IMG/VR virus record: IMGVR_UViG_3300035670_000101
Location: 1 to 64,000 of that record
Source of the DNA: a virus
Strand: one strand, 5' to 3'
Length of the DNA stretch: 64,000 nucleotides
Position 1 is the stretch's first letter; every line of letters begins with the position of its first letter. The notes below the pieces were generated by a model. It did no database searches, had not been told where the DNA came from, and worked only from the letters and a program-made list of their open reading frames with translations. The position numbers and the translations under genes were made by a program. Below are positions 10,361 to 19,252 of the stretch, piece after piece.

Positions 10361-10789
10361 ATGGAAGCAAACACAACAGGAATTGGAGCGATTATAGCGG
10401 TATTGCATTGGTTGCTTCCAACCCTTATTGGTAGTGCTTTAGCTGTTTGGTATCGTAGAAAGGATGTTGTATGGGGCGATAAGAGAAACATTGAGAAGTT
10501 TATCATCTCCGTAATAGGCTTTTGTGCAATCCTTGTAGGTGTTGCAATGGGTGGTGCTTTAGGTAGTGGTGTTATCGAAATACTAAACATAAGTATCTAC
10601 GGTTTTAGTTTTTTAATCTACATCTTATGTGGTTTATCAGCACTAAAGATTTTAGATTTATTTATGAAGAATATTGATGTTTGGTTAAACATTGTTATCT
10701 CAGGGATTACAGATATGGTTGAAGGGATCGTAGATAAACTAACAGGTAAATTCAAGACGAAGAACAAAGATAGGAATGATGGTGCATAA
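10361..10789 (+). CDS. Putative holin/antiholin (about 3 TM segments)
   Basis: Hydrophobic helices and basic C-terminus; upstream of the endolysin. Confidence 0.6.
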   Translation: MEANTTGIGAIIAVLHWLLPTLIGSALAVWYRRKDVVWGDKRNIEKFIISVIGFCAILVGVAMGGALGSGVIEILNISIYGFSFLIYILCGLSALKILDLFMKNIDVWLNIVISGITDMVEGIVDKLTGKFKTKNKDRNDGA

Positions 10790-11101
10790 ATGTTAATTTA
10801 TATTTCAATTATTCAAATCTGTTTGATTATTCAAGCTGCACTTCTTTTCTCTTGTGAACTTACTCCTGTATTCTCAGACCATCCTGTTAATGTTCTTCTG
10901 CGAACCGTATTAGCTATTTGCTTAGTGGCATTGTCTTATTATGCTCAACTTCTGATAGCAACACCATACGTTGTTGTTTACTTAGTTTTCCTAATTGTTG
11001 TAGCGTTGACTGTTTTTGGATTTAAGTACCTTGCACACGAATATACAAGAAGAAGTAGAAAACTCAAAAGACTTGAAAGAATGAAAGGTGTAAAGAAATG
11101 A
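10790..11101 (+). CDS. Putative holin (about 3 TM segments)
   Basis: Hydrophobic helices and a very basic tail; overlaps the endolysin start. Confidence 0.6.
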   Translation: MLIYISIIQICLIIQAALLFSCELTPVFSDHPVNVLLRTVLAICLVALSYYAQLLIATPYVVVYLVFLIVVALTVFGFKYLAHEYTRRSRKLKRLERMKGVKK

Positions 11102-11640
11102 AAATGACTTCTGGCGGTTTTAATATATTAAGAAATCACTTTGGAAAACTAAACCAAGATCAAGTAAATAATATAAATCTGATTATTGATTTCTGCAACA
11201 AACATTTTCTTGAGTACAACCAAGCAGCATATGTTCTAGCAACAGCTTGGCATGAAACAAATCAAACAATGCTCCCTGTAATTGAAGCTTATTGGTTGTC
11301 TGAAGATTGGCGCAAGAAAAACCTTAGATATTATCCTTGGTATGGTCGAGGTTATGTTCAACTAACTTGGGAATACAATTATAGAAAAGCTGATCAAAAA
11401 CTTGGTTTAAATGGTGCTATGTTGAAAGACCCATCTCTTGCTCAAGTCCCTAGATACGCAGCAGAAATCCTTGTTCTTGGTAGTAAAGAGGGTTGGTTTA
11501 CAGGAAAGAAGCTTTCTGATTATATTGGTAAGGTTAATAAAGACTACAAGCAAGCACGAAGGATTATTAATGGGTTGGATAAAGCCCAGAAAATTGCCGA
11601 GGAAGCTGTGATTTTTGAAAAAGCTCTCAGATCATGGTAA
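11098..11640 (+). CDS. Endolysin, glycoside hydrolase family 19
   Basis: 'AYVLATAWHET', 'YGRGYVQLTWEYNY', 'ARRIING' motifs. Confidence 0.9.
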   Translation: MKMTSGGFNILRNHFGKLNQDQVNNINLIIDFCNKHFLEYNQAAYVLATAWHETNQTMLPVIEAYWLSEDWRKKNLRYYPWYGRGYVQLTWEYNYRKADQKLGLNGAMLKDPSLAQVPRYAAEILVLGSKEGWFTGKKLSDYIGKVNKDYKQARRIINGLDKAQKIAEEAVIFEKALRSW

Positions 11641-11692
11641 TAGTAAAAACAAATACAAAATATTAAAATAAAAACTAGGAGAGACAATAAGA

Positions 11693-14158
11693 ATGTCTAC
11701 ATTAAGAATATCTGATGCACCTTTACTACCAGATGTTGAAGGAACAGAAAAAATCCCTACGGGTGGTCGTGGTGATTATGCAATATCTGTAGATCAAATT
11801 AAAGGTCACATCTTTCAGGATATTGGGAAAGAACTTGTTGGGTTAGGTAATGTAGACAATACGTCTGACCTAGACAAACCAGTTAGTACAGCTCAACAAG
11901 CAGCTTTAAACCTAAAAGCTGATAAAACTTACGTTGACACCAACTTGGATTTAAAAGCTGATAAGACAAATGTGTATACACGATCTGAAACAACCTTAGC
12001 ATTAAGTCAAAAAGCTGACCTTGTTGATGGTGTTGTTCCTGAAAACCAAATACCAAGTTCTTTTAATGATGTTTTAGAATTTACAACACCTAACCTACCT
12101 ATCGTTGGTGAAAGTGGGAAAATCTACGTTACAACAGATAATAATAAAACTTGGCGTTGGGGTGGGAATAAATATGTAGAAATTTCCGGCTGGAATCCTG
12201 ATTCAGTTTCTAAAACCTCAACTTTACCAACATATTATACAAAAGAAGCAGGTGTTGATTCAGTCACAGGTGTTACCGATGGTGCGTACTATAATGTGCG
12301 CTCAACGGAAGATGATACGATGTTGGTTGAGTATCAGAATGTTGGGGGTGTGGGCACACCGTCTGGAAAGTCATATCCTAGCAATATGACCAAATGGGAT
12401 GCTTCAGCAATTTTTGATGGGGATAAAAACCAGCATGAGTTAAACAATTTTTTCAAGAGTCAAAAGTTAATTGACACGCGTTTATATGGACTAAAAGTCA
12501 ATACAGGTGAAGATCAAACCGCAGCTATTCATGCAGCCTTTGCAGATAATCCTAATAACCAGTATTTCTATATTCCAAAGGGTGTTGTAAAAGCTAACGT
12601 TGTGTTTCCACGCGCTTATATGTATCTTGTTGGTGATGGCTTATTAAACACAATTATTGAGCCATTCGACTTAACAAAGTCACCAGTCAATTTCAACAAA
12701 AAGCTTTACGCAGGATTGACTGACTTGACAGTTCAAGCTAGTCAACAGTTTACAGGTGAGAGCTTGGTTAATGCACAAGAAGTTCGCTACATGCACCTTG
12801 AGAACTTTGACGTCCGCAAGACTAAACTGGCAGAAGAAACTCATTCATATCAAACTATATTGATCGACAACAGAGCTATCGCGGGATCGTGGACAGGCTA
12901 CAATAGACTGCATAACGTTCGGGCGGTTTACGGAGCTTATGGTTATCTTGCAGACGTTGATAAGCTAAACTCAGTTCTCAGCATCAAAGATAGTCTTTTT
13001 AGTTTTAATGGTTATTTTAATATTAAGACATCTGCCTCGAACTCGACAATAATCAACTGTGACATTGCGAATGGCGGGAAGTTGCAACCTGCTGGTGTTT
13101 ATGACGAAACACAGTATGGTGGAGCGTATATCAAAGGGGACAACTCGGTAATCTTGGGTGTATGGCATGAGATTAATGCTCAAGCGAGCCCATCGTATAA
13201 TTCCAACAACTTGTACATTCACCCTGACTCGTGGAACATCACACATAATTTTGCGCGTGATACACGCGGGACAAACAATGTTCGTGTTTACACACAATCG
13301 CAGGGACAGCTACAGGATGTAAACACTGCCGATAGGTCATTAAATGACGGTCAAGGTAGAGCCAGACCGCAGCAATTAATCAAGAACGGTAACTTTGCTC
13401 ACTGGGATTCTTCCCTAAATAGACCTAAGGGTTGGTCTGGTTACTTCAGTGGAACATGGACACAGGAAACTACTGACCTGCCTAAAGGGTATAACGCTGG
13501 ACTCAAAGTTGTATCAGATGTTGCAGGCGTATGTGGTATCTACCAAGCAATATACAACCCTACAGACCTATCTAACTCATATATCAAAGATATTAGCAAG
13601 TGGATTGGACGAGAGATTAGCGTTTCTTTTTGGGTTAAAAATATCGGTACGTCTGAGACAGCTATTCGCGGGGGGATTTCGATAGACTTGTCTAATGTAT
13701 ATTTCTCAAGCGGGACGTATATATCTACCACTAAGGTTGGAGAGTTTACCAAGGTGGTCTTAGCAATCAAGGTTACTGGTTCTGAGGAAAGGATTTGGGC
13801 AGGTATTCGGGTTTCTGGCGTGGGCGAGGGAATGATTGTTGCTGGATACTCGGTAGCAGACGACTGTAGAGTTAATGACTCTCAGGCAAAAACAATCACC
13901 GAAGATGGTGGCGAAGTCTTTGGGAGCCTAGAGGTTCGCGGCACATTAACAAACAATGGTGTGCAACCAGTGTTCCAACCTACCGCAGTAACCACAACGG
14001 GTTTAACAAACGCCACTGGCTCAATCAACACGGTTGGAAAGTTTGCAGGGAAGCAGGTGTTTAATAACACGAACTCGCTGATGTACTACGCTTTAGGTTC
14101 TAGCGCAACAAGTGCATGGAAATCATTTGATAGTACAAATACAATCACTCCAGCATAA
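11693..14158 (+). CDS. Tail spike/receptor-binding protein, probable capsule depolymerase (beta-helix plus carbohydrate-binding module)
   Basis: N-terminal 'GLGNVDNTSDLDKPVSTAQQAAL'; pectate-lyase-like start 'YGLKVNTGEDQTAAIHAAF..YFYIPKG'; 'QLIKNGNF' CBM-like domain. Confidence 0.8.
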   Translation: MSTLRISDAPLLPDVEGTEKIPTGGRGDYAISVDQIKGHIFQDIGKELVGLGNVDNTSDLDKPVSTAQQAALNLKADKTYVDTNLDLKADKTNVYTRSETTLALSQKADLVDGVVPENQIPSSFNDVLEFTTPNLPIVGESGKIYVTTDNNKTWRWGGNKYVEISGWNPDSVSKTSTLPTYYTKEAGVDSVTGVTDGAYYNVRSTEDDTMLVEYQNVGGVGTPSGKSYPSNMTKWDASAIFDGDKNQHELNNFFKSQKLIDTRLYGLKVNTGEDQTAAIHAAFADNPNNQYFYIPKGVVKANVVFPRAYMYLVGDGLLNTIIEPFDLTKSPVNFNKKLYAGLTDLTVQASQQFTGESLVNAQEVRYMHLENFDVRKTKLAEETHSYQTILIDNRAIAGSWTGYNRLHNVRAVYGAYGYLADVDKLNSVLSIKDSLFSFNGYFNIKTSASNSTIINCDIANGGKLQPAGVYDETQYGGAYIKGDNSVILGVWHEINAQASPSYNSNNLYIHPDSWNITHNFARDTRGTNNVRVYTQSQGQLQDVNTADRSLNDGQGRARPQQLIKNGNFAHWDSSLNRPKGWSGYFSGTWTQETTDLPKGYNAGLKVVSDVAGVCGIYQAIYNPTDLSNSYIKDISKWIGREISVSFWVKNIGTSETAIRGGISIDLSNVYFSSGTYISTTKVGEFTKVVLAIKVTGSEERIWAGIRVSGVGEGMIVAGYSVADDCRVNDSQAKTITEDGGEVFGSLEVRGTLTNNGVQPVFQPTAVTTTGLTNATGSINTVGKFAGKQVFNNTNSLMYYALGSSATSAWKSFDSTNTITPA

Positions 14159-14160
14159 AT

Positions 14161-14183
14161 AAAAGCCCTTCGGGGCTTTTTTA
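14161..14183 (+). terminator. Rho-independent terminator of the late operon
   Basis: AAAAGCCC-TTCG-GGGCTTTT followed by a T-run. Confidence 0.9.
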
Positions 14184-14306
14184 TTATTCACAAGAAAGTG
14201 CTACTATAAGAAAAACTTATATCGGGGTTCGGCGTGGAGTATTTTACAAAGAGCTTATATACCTAACAGTCTGTTTAGTGAGTGTAATTAAAGAATGAAT
14301 ATCAAC

Positions 14307-14344
14307 AACCCACTGAGAGTAATCTTGGTGGGTTTTTCTTTTTG
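14307..14344 (+). terminator. Rho-independent terminator
   Basis: AACCCACTGAGA-GTAA-TCTTGGTGGGTT followed by a T-run. Confidence 0.8.
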
Positions 14345-14350
14345 TCAAAA

Positions 14351-14395
14351 GTTTTTATTTCCTTTTAGTTCAATAAACATGTTTTTATTTCCTTT
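14351..14395. repeat. 15-bp direct repeat pair GTTTTTATTTCCTTT
   Basis: Exact copies at 14351-14365 and 14381-14395, upstream of the rep promoter. Confidence 0.85.
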
Positions 14396-14399
14396 CAGG

Positions 14400-14429
14400 T
14401 TTACATTCACACTTAACAGTGGTAAATTT
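14400..14429 (+). promoter_or_regulatory. Sigma70-like promoter of rep, overlapped by one iteron copy
   Basis: TTTACA-17 nt-TAAATT; AACAGTGGTAAATTT at 14415-14429. Confidence 0.65.
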
Positions 14430-14459
14430 AACACACTTTAATTTATTCGGAGATTTACA

Positions 14460-15383
14460 ATGAGTGTCAATGCTACACGTTTTGCGTGGGAATGCGATTT
14501 ATCAAAAACAACAAAGAGAAGTGCTAAACGCCTTGTTCTTTTAGCTTTAGCAGATCGTACAAATAAAGAGAACACTTGCTTCCCATCAATTGCAAGAGTT
14601 GTTAAGGATACTGGTATGGATAGAAAGACTGTTATGAATACAATCAATGACCTTATTACTCTAGGTCTTATATCAGATACAGGTGAACGTAAAGGAGGAA
14701 CTAATCAAGTTCGAGTGTTAAAGATTAATGTTGTTAAACAAGGAAGTTATCCACAGGGAGATCAAGAATCATCAAATAAACAGGGTGGAATTTACAAAGA
14801 AACAGTGGTAAATTTACCAATAAACGGTGTGGAATTTCCTAGTAACGGTGGTAAATTTGGGACACAGAATCTAAAACAATCTTTAATTAAATCTAAAAAT
14901 AATCTTAACAGTGAAAAAGATTTTAATCTAGATGAAGAAATTGTTTTAAAACCAAAACAACTGGATTTTATTGATAGTAGTGAAATCATTGTTGAAAGTG
15001 TACGTGAGAGCTTAAAAACAGCACATAACAGCTTGAATACAGAGGTAGGTGGTACGTATGTACCTGAACAACAAAACAACGCTATAGATAGCATCTACGA
15101 AGACGTAGATACCTTACACAGCGATATGCAGAAACCTAAGAAACAACAAGACAAAAGTTCTTGGATTCCAAAACACTTGTACGCTGAACACATGAAACAG
15201 AAGCGTCTTGATGAACAACTTAATAAAGAACCCTTCATCCCTAAGAGCATGATTAAAGGGTGGGAAGATGGTATGAAAGGAAACCCTAATGCGACAAAAG
15301 GTATTCCTGATCACTTGTTAAACAATCCAACTCTTGCTAAGATATTGAAGATGAAAGGCAAGAGCACAAACAACAGTGTTTGA
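14460..15383 (+). CDS. HTH (HTH_36-like) phage replication initiator protein
   Basis: 'RLVLLALADR....CFPSIARVVKDTGMDRKTV...I..L...GLI.DTGERKG' as in lambdoid/Acinetobacter prophage Rep proteins; internal iterons. Confidence 0.8.
   Translation: MSVNATRFAWECDLSKTTKRSAKRLVLLALADRTNKENTCFPSIARVVKDTGMDRKTVMNTINDLITLGLISDTGERKGGTNQVRVLKINVVKQGSYPQGDQESSNKQGGIYKETVVNLPINGVEFPSNGGKFGTQNLKQSLIKSKNNLNSEKDFNLDEEIVLKPKQLDFIDSSEIIVESVRESLKTAHNSLNTEVGGTYVPEQQNNAIDSIYEDVDTLHSDMQKPKKQQDKSSWIPKHLYAEHMKQKRLDEQLNKEPFIPKSMIKGWEDGMKGNPNATKGIPDHLLNNPTLAKILKMKGKSTNNSV
14747..14960. other. Putative replication origin inside rep: DnaA box, 4 iterons and an AT-rich tract
   Basis: TTATCCACA at 14747-14755; repeats at 14779, 14801, 14823 and 14844 (21-22 bp period); AT-rich sequence follows. 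Confidence 0.7.
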
Positions 15384-15400
15384 TGTATTTAGGAGATGTC

Positions 15401-15658
15401 ATGGATAAAGTGGTAGAGTATAAAATTGAAAGACGTATTGAAGATGTTGTAAAGAATCGCAAGTGGTTATTCTTCTGTGAATACGAGAAAACTCCTGTTT
15501 GGTGTTTGGTTAAGTACACTTCAGGTACTCGTTATGAGTTTGACACTTATGGACATTGTGATCTTTTGGATTACCATCACCAAGAGGTTTTACTTAAATC
15601 TCAAGATGAAGATTACATTAAACAAGAGTTTAAGAATTTTACGGAGGGTTTAAAATGA
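15401..15658 (+). CDS. Hypothetical protein
   Basis: SD AGGAG; coupled operon ORF. Confidence 0.7.
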   Translation: MDKVVEYKIERRIEDVVKNRKWLFFCEYEKTPVWCLVKYTSGTRYEFDTYGHCDLLDYHHQEVLLKSQDEDYIKQEFKNFTEGLK

Positions 15659-15972
15659 TTAAAGATTTAATTGGGAAGTATTGTTTGGTTTACATGACAC
15701 CAAGTAAGACTGAATTTAGACCAGAGATTAGCGTTATTACAGGTGTTAGTAAAAACTATCCAGACAGCTATGTGACGTTAGATAATGATGTAAATGGTGG
15801 TTATCACATTCGATCACTTTTGAGTTCTGATAATAAGAAAACATTAGAGGAAGTTTTAAAGGTGCAAGAGGTTTATCTAAAAGAACTAAGTGACTTGCGA
15901 AACAAGATTCACAACTTAAAGAAAGAGCACTCGGTTGTTATGAGTAAGATGGTTAAGGAGATTAAAGCTTGA
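15655..15972 (+). CDS. Hypothetical protein
   Basis: SD GGAGGG; overlapping start/stop. Confidence 0.75.
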   Translation: MIKDLIGKYCLVYMTPSKTEFRPEISVITGVSKNYPDSYVTLDNDVNGGYHIRSLLSSDNKKTLEEVLKVQEVYLKELSDLRNKIHNLKKEHSVVMSKMVKEIKA

Positions 15973-16199
15973 AAGATAAAAGAACACTTATAGATAAAAT
16001 CTTGTCTGAATATTGCGACTATCTTGGTGTAACTTGGACAGACTTACATGAGGAAGCTTTCTGTGTTCAACACAAAAGAGGATATTGGTTATATATTTGG
16101 TATGACGAGTATGATCACATACCTGTATCTATTTATTTGAAGGAGCTTGAGTCTTTAATGTATGAGGGTGTACTTAACATTAAGGAGATTAAAGAATGA
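15969..16199 (+). CDS. Hypothetical protein
   Basis: SD AAGGAG with TTG start. Confidence 0.7.
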   Translation: MKDKRTLIDKILSEYCDYLGVTWTDLHEEAFCVQHKRGYWLYIWYDEYDHIPVSIYLKELESLMYEGVLNIKEIKE

Positions 16200-16396
16200 A
16201 TCATGGTTGGTATGAAATTATGGATCGTATTCATATTATTCAGAATACGTTAGATGACAATGTAAGAAACCATCGAGAATCTGATGAACAGCTACGACAT
16301 TTGATTGATGCAGCACAAGAGATGCTAAGTGAAGCGTATAATTATGCTGGAATTAAGTGGGATGAAAGTTTTAGAGATTTTGAGGAGGGTTATTAA
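16196..16396 (+). CDS. Hypothetical protein
   Basis: SD AAGGAG; ATGA overlap. Confidence 0.7.
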   Translation: MNHGWYEIMDRIHIIQNTLDDNVRNHRESDEQLRHLIDAAQEMLSEAYNYAGIKWDESFRDFEEGY

Positions 16397-16617
16397 TGAG
16401 TGGATATGGTAAAGCAAAGAAGTTTATAAACAAACACGGTATTGAGTTTACTTTGAAATGGTTAAGTGAGAATATCGCACACACTCCGACACATGGTAAG
16501 TACGTTGATATTGATAATGAGTTAAATCCAAAGGGCATCATCAGCACAAATTATTATGGTGGATTCCATGTAGAGCATTTAGTTAAACTTAGTGGTTATA
16601 AGTTTAGTGTTGGATGA
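16396..16617 (+). CDS. Hypothetical protein
   Basis: SD GAGGAGG; TAATG overlap. Confidence 0.7.
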   Translation: MSGYGKAKKFINKHGIEFTLKWLSENIAHTPTHGKYVDIDNELNPKGIISTNYYGGFHVEHLVKLSGYKFSVG

Positions 16618-16654
16618 TGTTATTTATCATTGAGGAGGGTGTCTAACGACATGT

Positions 16655-17953
16655 ATGATTGAATTAAAAACAATACCGAAAGAGGAGCGTAACAGTATCA
16701 TCTGTAACTTGGAATACTTCTCTTTCTTAATATGGAGAAAAGACACTTGTTTGAAATCTGCACACAAAACCCTTATTGATATTGTAGGTAAGAAATTTGA
16801 ACAAGAACTTTGGGTTGTCCTTACACACATTGGTCAGGCAATTAGATATGGTACAGACGGATATAGAATTTCATTTAATGATCATCACTATTCTTCGGCA
16901 AACAAACGATTTAATGTTAAACTATCATCAAGAAGGATGAAAGAGTTACTGTGTATTTTACATTGTAAAGATTTTATAAAGTTCTACTTAGGGTTTTATC
17001 ACAAGAATGTCGATAGCGAACTTAGTGCTGTAATTATCAATGAGAGAATATTAAACCTTCTCAACATTCCCTTGTTAAAATCTCAAGGTGTTAAGCGAGA
17101 AGAACCTAAAGATGATATTGAGGTTGTTAATGATGAGCTAACAGTTGTTACTAAATCTTATAATGTGTCTACAGGGCAGATGAAAAAACGTAAATCAATT
17201 GTATTTAAAGAGACCAGAGGCATGACAGGTATTACCGAATTAAAGAGAAACTTAAAGGCTTATAACAGCCTTATTGAGAAACACAAAACAACCATTGATT
17301 TAGGTGATGGAGATAAAGAGTGTAACAATATTATCTACAAACGTAGATTCCAGAACAATCTTCACACTTGTGGTAGATATTACACTAAGTCTGTATTTCA
17401 GACGTTACCAAGTGAGTGTAGAAAGTCTATTAAGATTGATGGGGAGGATACGGTAGAGTTAGATATTAAATCAGCTCATTGTACGTTCCTTAGTACGTTA
17501 GATGGAATCACTCTACCAGATGATTTCGATTCTTACACAATTCCTAAGCTGATTGAATTAGGGGTGAGTAGAGATTTCACTAAAGGGATGTTGTTTCCCT
17601 TACTCTTCTCTAAGAATAAAGCTAGTGCTATAAAAGGTATTAGATTAAAACTTAAAGAGTATGGATTATCACATCTTAGTGCTGAGTATATGATTGAATG
17701 TTTTGTTGAGCATAATCCGTTTATTGAGGAATACTTATTCTCTGAACAGTTGTATGGTGAGTTACAATATATTGATGCTTCTATTGCTACATTAGTTATT
17801 GATCACTTTACAGAGAAAGGTATTGTTGTATTGTGCTACCACGATAGCTTTGTTATTCAGAAGATGTATAAAGACCAATTGTATTCTAAGATAGAAGATA
17901 GTTACTTAGAAGTATTAGGTGATACAACTAACTTAGTCATAAGAGAAGTTTAA
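16655..17953 (+). CDS. Minimal PolA/T7-RNA-polymerase-superfamily polymerase (TV-Pol-like)
   Basis: 'TCGRYY' (DxxGR-like), motif A 'ELDIKSAH', motif B 'RDFTKGMLFPLLF', 'LQYIDASI', motif C 'YHDSF'. Confidence 0.7.
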   Translation: MIELKTIPKEERNSIICNLEYFSFLIWRKDTCLKSAHKTLIDIVGKKFEQELWVVLTHIGQAIRYGTDGYRISFNDHHYSSANKRFNVKLSSRRMKELLCILHCKDFIKFYLGFYHKNVDSELSAVIINERILNLLNIPLLKSQGVKREEPKDDIEVVNDELTVVTKSYNVSTGQMKKRKSIVFKETRGMTGITELKRNLKAYNSLIEKHKTTIDLGDGDKECNNIIYKRRFQNNLHTCGRYYTKSVFQTLPSECRKSIKIDGEDTVELDIKSAHCTFLSTLDGITLPDDFDSYTIPKLIELGVSRDFTKGMLFPLLFSKNKASAIKGIRLKLKEYGLSHLSAEYMIECFVEHNPFIEEYLFSEQLYGELQYIDASIATLVIDHFTEKGIVVLCYHDSFVIQKMYKDQLYSKIEDSYLEVLGDTTNLVIREV

Positions 17954-18112
17954 TCTTTATCTACCACTTCTGCTGATAGAGTATTATACATCGTTATAGT
18001 GCTCTATATAATACTAATAGTAATAACCTAGTAGGGTACTATAGGTATTATAACAAGGGATTGTTTGAATAGTGTTGTAAGTGTATGATAGTGTTTAGTA
18101 AATCAGAAAGTA

Positions 18113-18139
18113 TGGGGAGGGGTATTCTCCTATTTTTTT
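18113..18139 (+). terminator. Probable terminator after the polymerase gene's structured 3' region
   Basis: GGGAG...CTCC hairpin followed by T7. Confidence 0.55.
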
Positions 18140-18166
18140 GGTATTATCAGTTTTTTAAGTTATGAT

Positions 18167-18213
18167 TTGACACCTCCTTAGTATGTGTGCATAATTAATT
18201 TAATATTTAATTA
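18167..18213 (+). promoter_or_regulatory. Sigma70 promoter with palindromic operator
   Basis: TTGACA-17 nt-CATAAT, then TAATTTAATATTTAATTA. Confidence 0.8.
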
Positions 18214-18226
18214 AATGGGTGTTTTG

Positions 18227-18376
18227 ATGTTATATGATAAATTTGATAACAGTAAAAAACTTTGCTACAGGTGTTTGAATTTCGATACACCTAAAATAAA
18301 GAAAGGTAAGGATAAGTGGTACAGACATTACTTTGTTTGTTGTAAGAAATGTGGTTGCAAGGTTTTCTTTAGTTGA
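18227..18376 (+). CDS. Small zinc-ribbon protein (49 aa)
   Basis: CYRC...CKKC; first ORF after the promoter; below the ORF-track size cut-off. Confidence 0.55.
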   Translation: MLYDKFDNSKKLCYRCLNFDTPKIKKGKDKWYRHYFVCCKKCGCKVFFS

Positions 18377-18387
18377 TTGGAGTTACA

Positions 18388-18531
18388 ATGTTTATTGTTA
18401 AAGAAGAAAAGAGTTATGGTGACACTATTCGTGTTGATTATGTGAGTGAACGAGTAGCTAAACTTTTCAATTACGATAGGGAGAAGATTCCACATTACTT
18501 GTGTGGTTTTTATATTAAGGTGAGTAAGTAA
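18388..18531 (+). CDS. Hypothetical protein (47 aa)
   Basis: SD GGAG; TAATG overlap with the next gene. Confidence 0.55.
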   Translation: MFIVKEEKSYGDTIRVDYVSERVAKLFNYDREKIPHYLCGFYIKVSK

Positions 18532-18965
18532 TGAAAAAGACTAACACAGTGATTCACATTGATGCTGATAAATTCTACAATATGGTTTGGGACGGGTTTA
18601 TGAACTTCCAAGACTTTATCTTAGAGAAGGGTGGAGCTAATCTTACAGTTGAAGAAGCTTACAATGAATTATTGAAAGCATATGAGAGTAAAACTTTGTT
18701 TGGTAAATTATTCTGTAGGAAGTTGAAAACTCTTGAGGAATACTCTAAAGATTACAGTCCAAGTAAAAACTACAAGGATTATTTGAATCGTTACGAGCAT
18801 TTCTATGACACTGATCAAAGGTTCTTGCGTCTAGAGCGTGTTACATCAAGTGTTATTAAAAACAATGTTGTTATTGATGTGTCAATTTCTGATTACGATT
18901 TTGTTTTAAATTGGATTGACAATAGTGATGATTTCAATGTACAGTACAATTCATGGATTTACTGA
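18531..18965 (+). CDS. Hypothetical protein
   Basis: 144-aa ORF in operon. Confidence 0.75.
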   Translation: MKKTNTVIHIDADKFYNMVWDGFMNFQDFILEKGGANLTVEEAYNELLKAYESKTLFGKLFCRKLKTLEEYSKDYSPSKNYKDYLNRYEHFYDTDQRFLRLERVTSSVIKNNVVIDVSISDYDFVLNWIDNSDDFNVQYNSWIY

Positions 18966-19045
18966 TTGCATCAGCAAGAATTATTAAACAAGTTAATACG
19001 ATACGCTAACTTGAGTTAGCTTCACAGATTAAGAAAAGGTGTTAA

Positions 19046-19228
19046 ATGAATAAACAACAATTTACTAAAGCTGTTATTAAAGAGTATCAAGAACAGACAG
19101 GCGATTACATTGCAAAAGACGATTACCAATATGAACCAATCGTAAGTAAGGTTCATATGCTATTTCATAAGGGCGTTTCTATTGAAGAAGCTGTAGATGA
19201 GTTAGATAAGTTTATTGATAATATGTGA
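19046..19228 (+). CDS. Hypothetical protein
   Basis: SD AAGGTG. Confidence 0.65.
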   Translation: MNKQQFTKAVIKEYQEQTGDYIAKDDYQYEPIVSKVHMLFHKGVSIEEAVDELDKFIDNM

Positions 19229-19252
19229 GAGATAGAAGTCAGGAGTGTATAA

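Noticed and set aside
86-13770. Antisense and alternate-frame ORFs within structural genes (e.g. 86-355, 726-950, 5308-5583, 12971-13297)
   Set aside because: They are shadow ORFs of well-supported genes, with no SD and no recognisable motifs.
18963-19019. Possible TGA read-through after ORF 18531-18965
   Set aside because: The extension is short, has no recognisable motif and is not coupled to the next gene.
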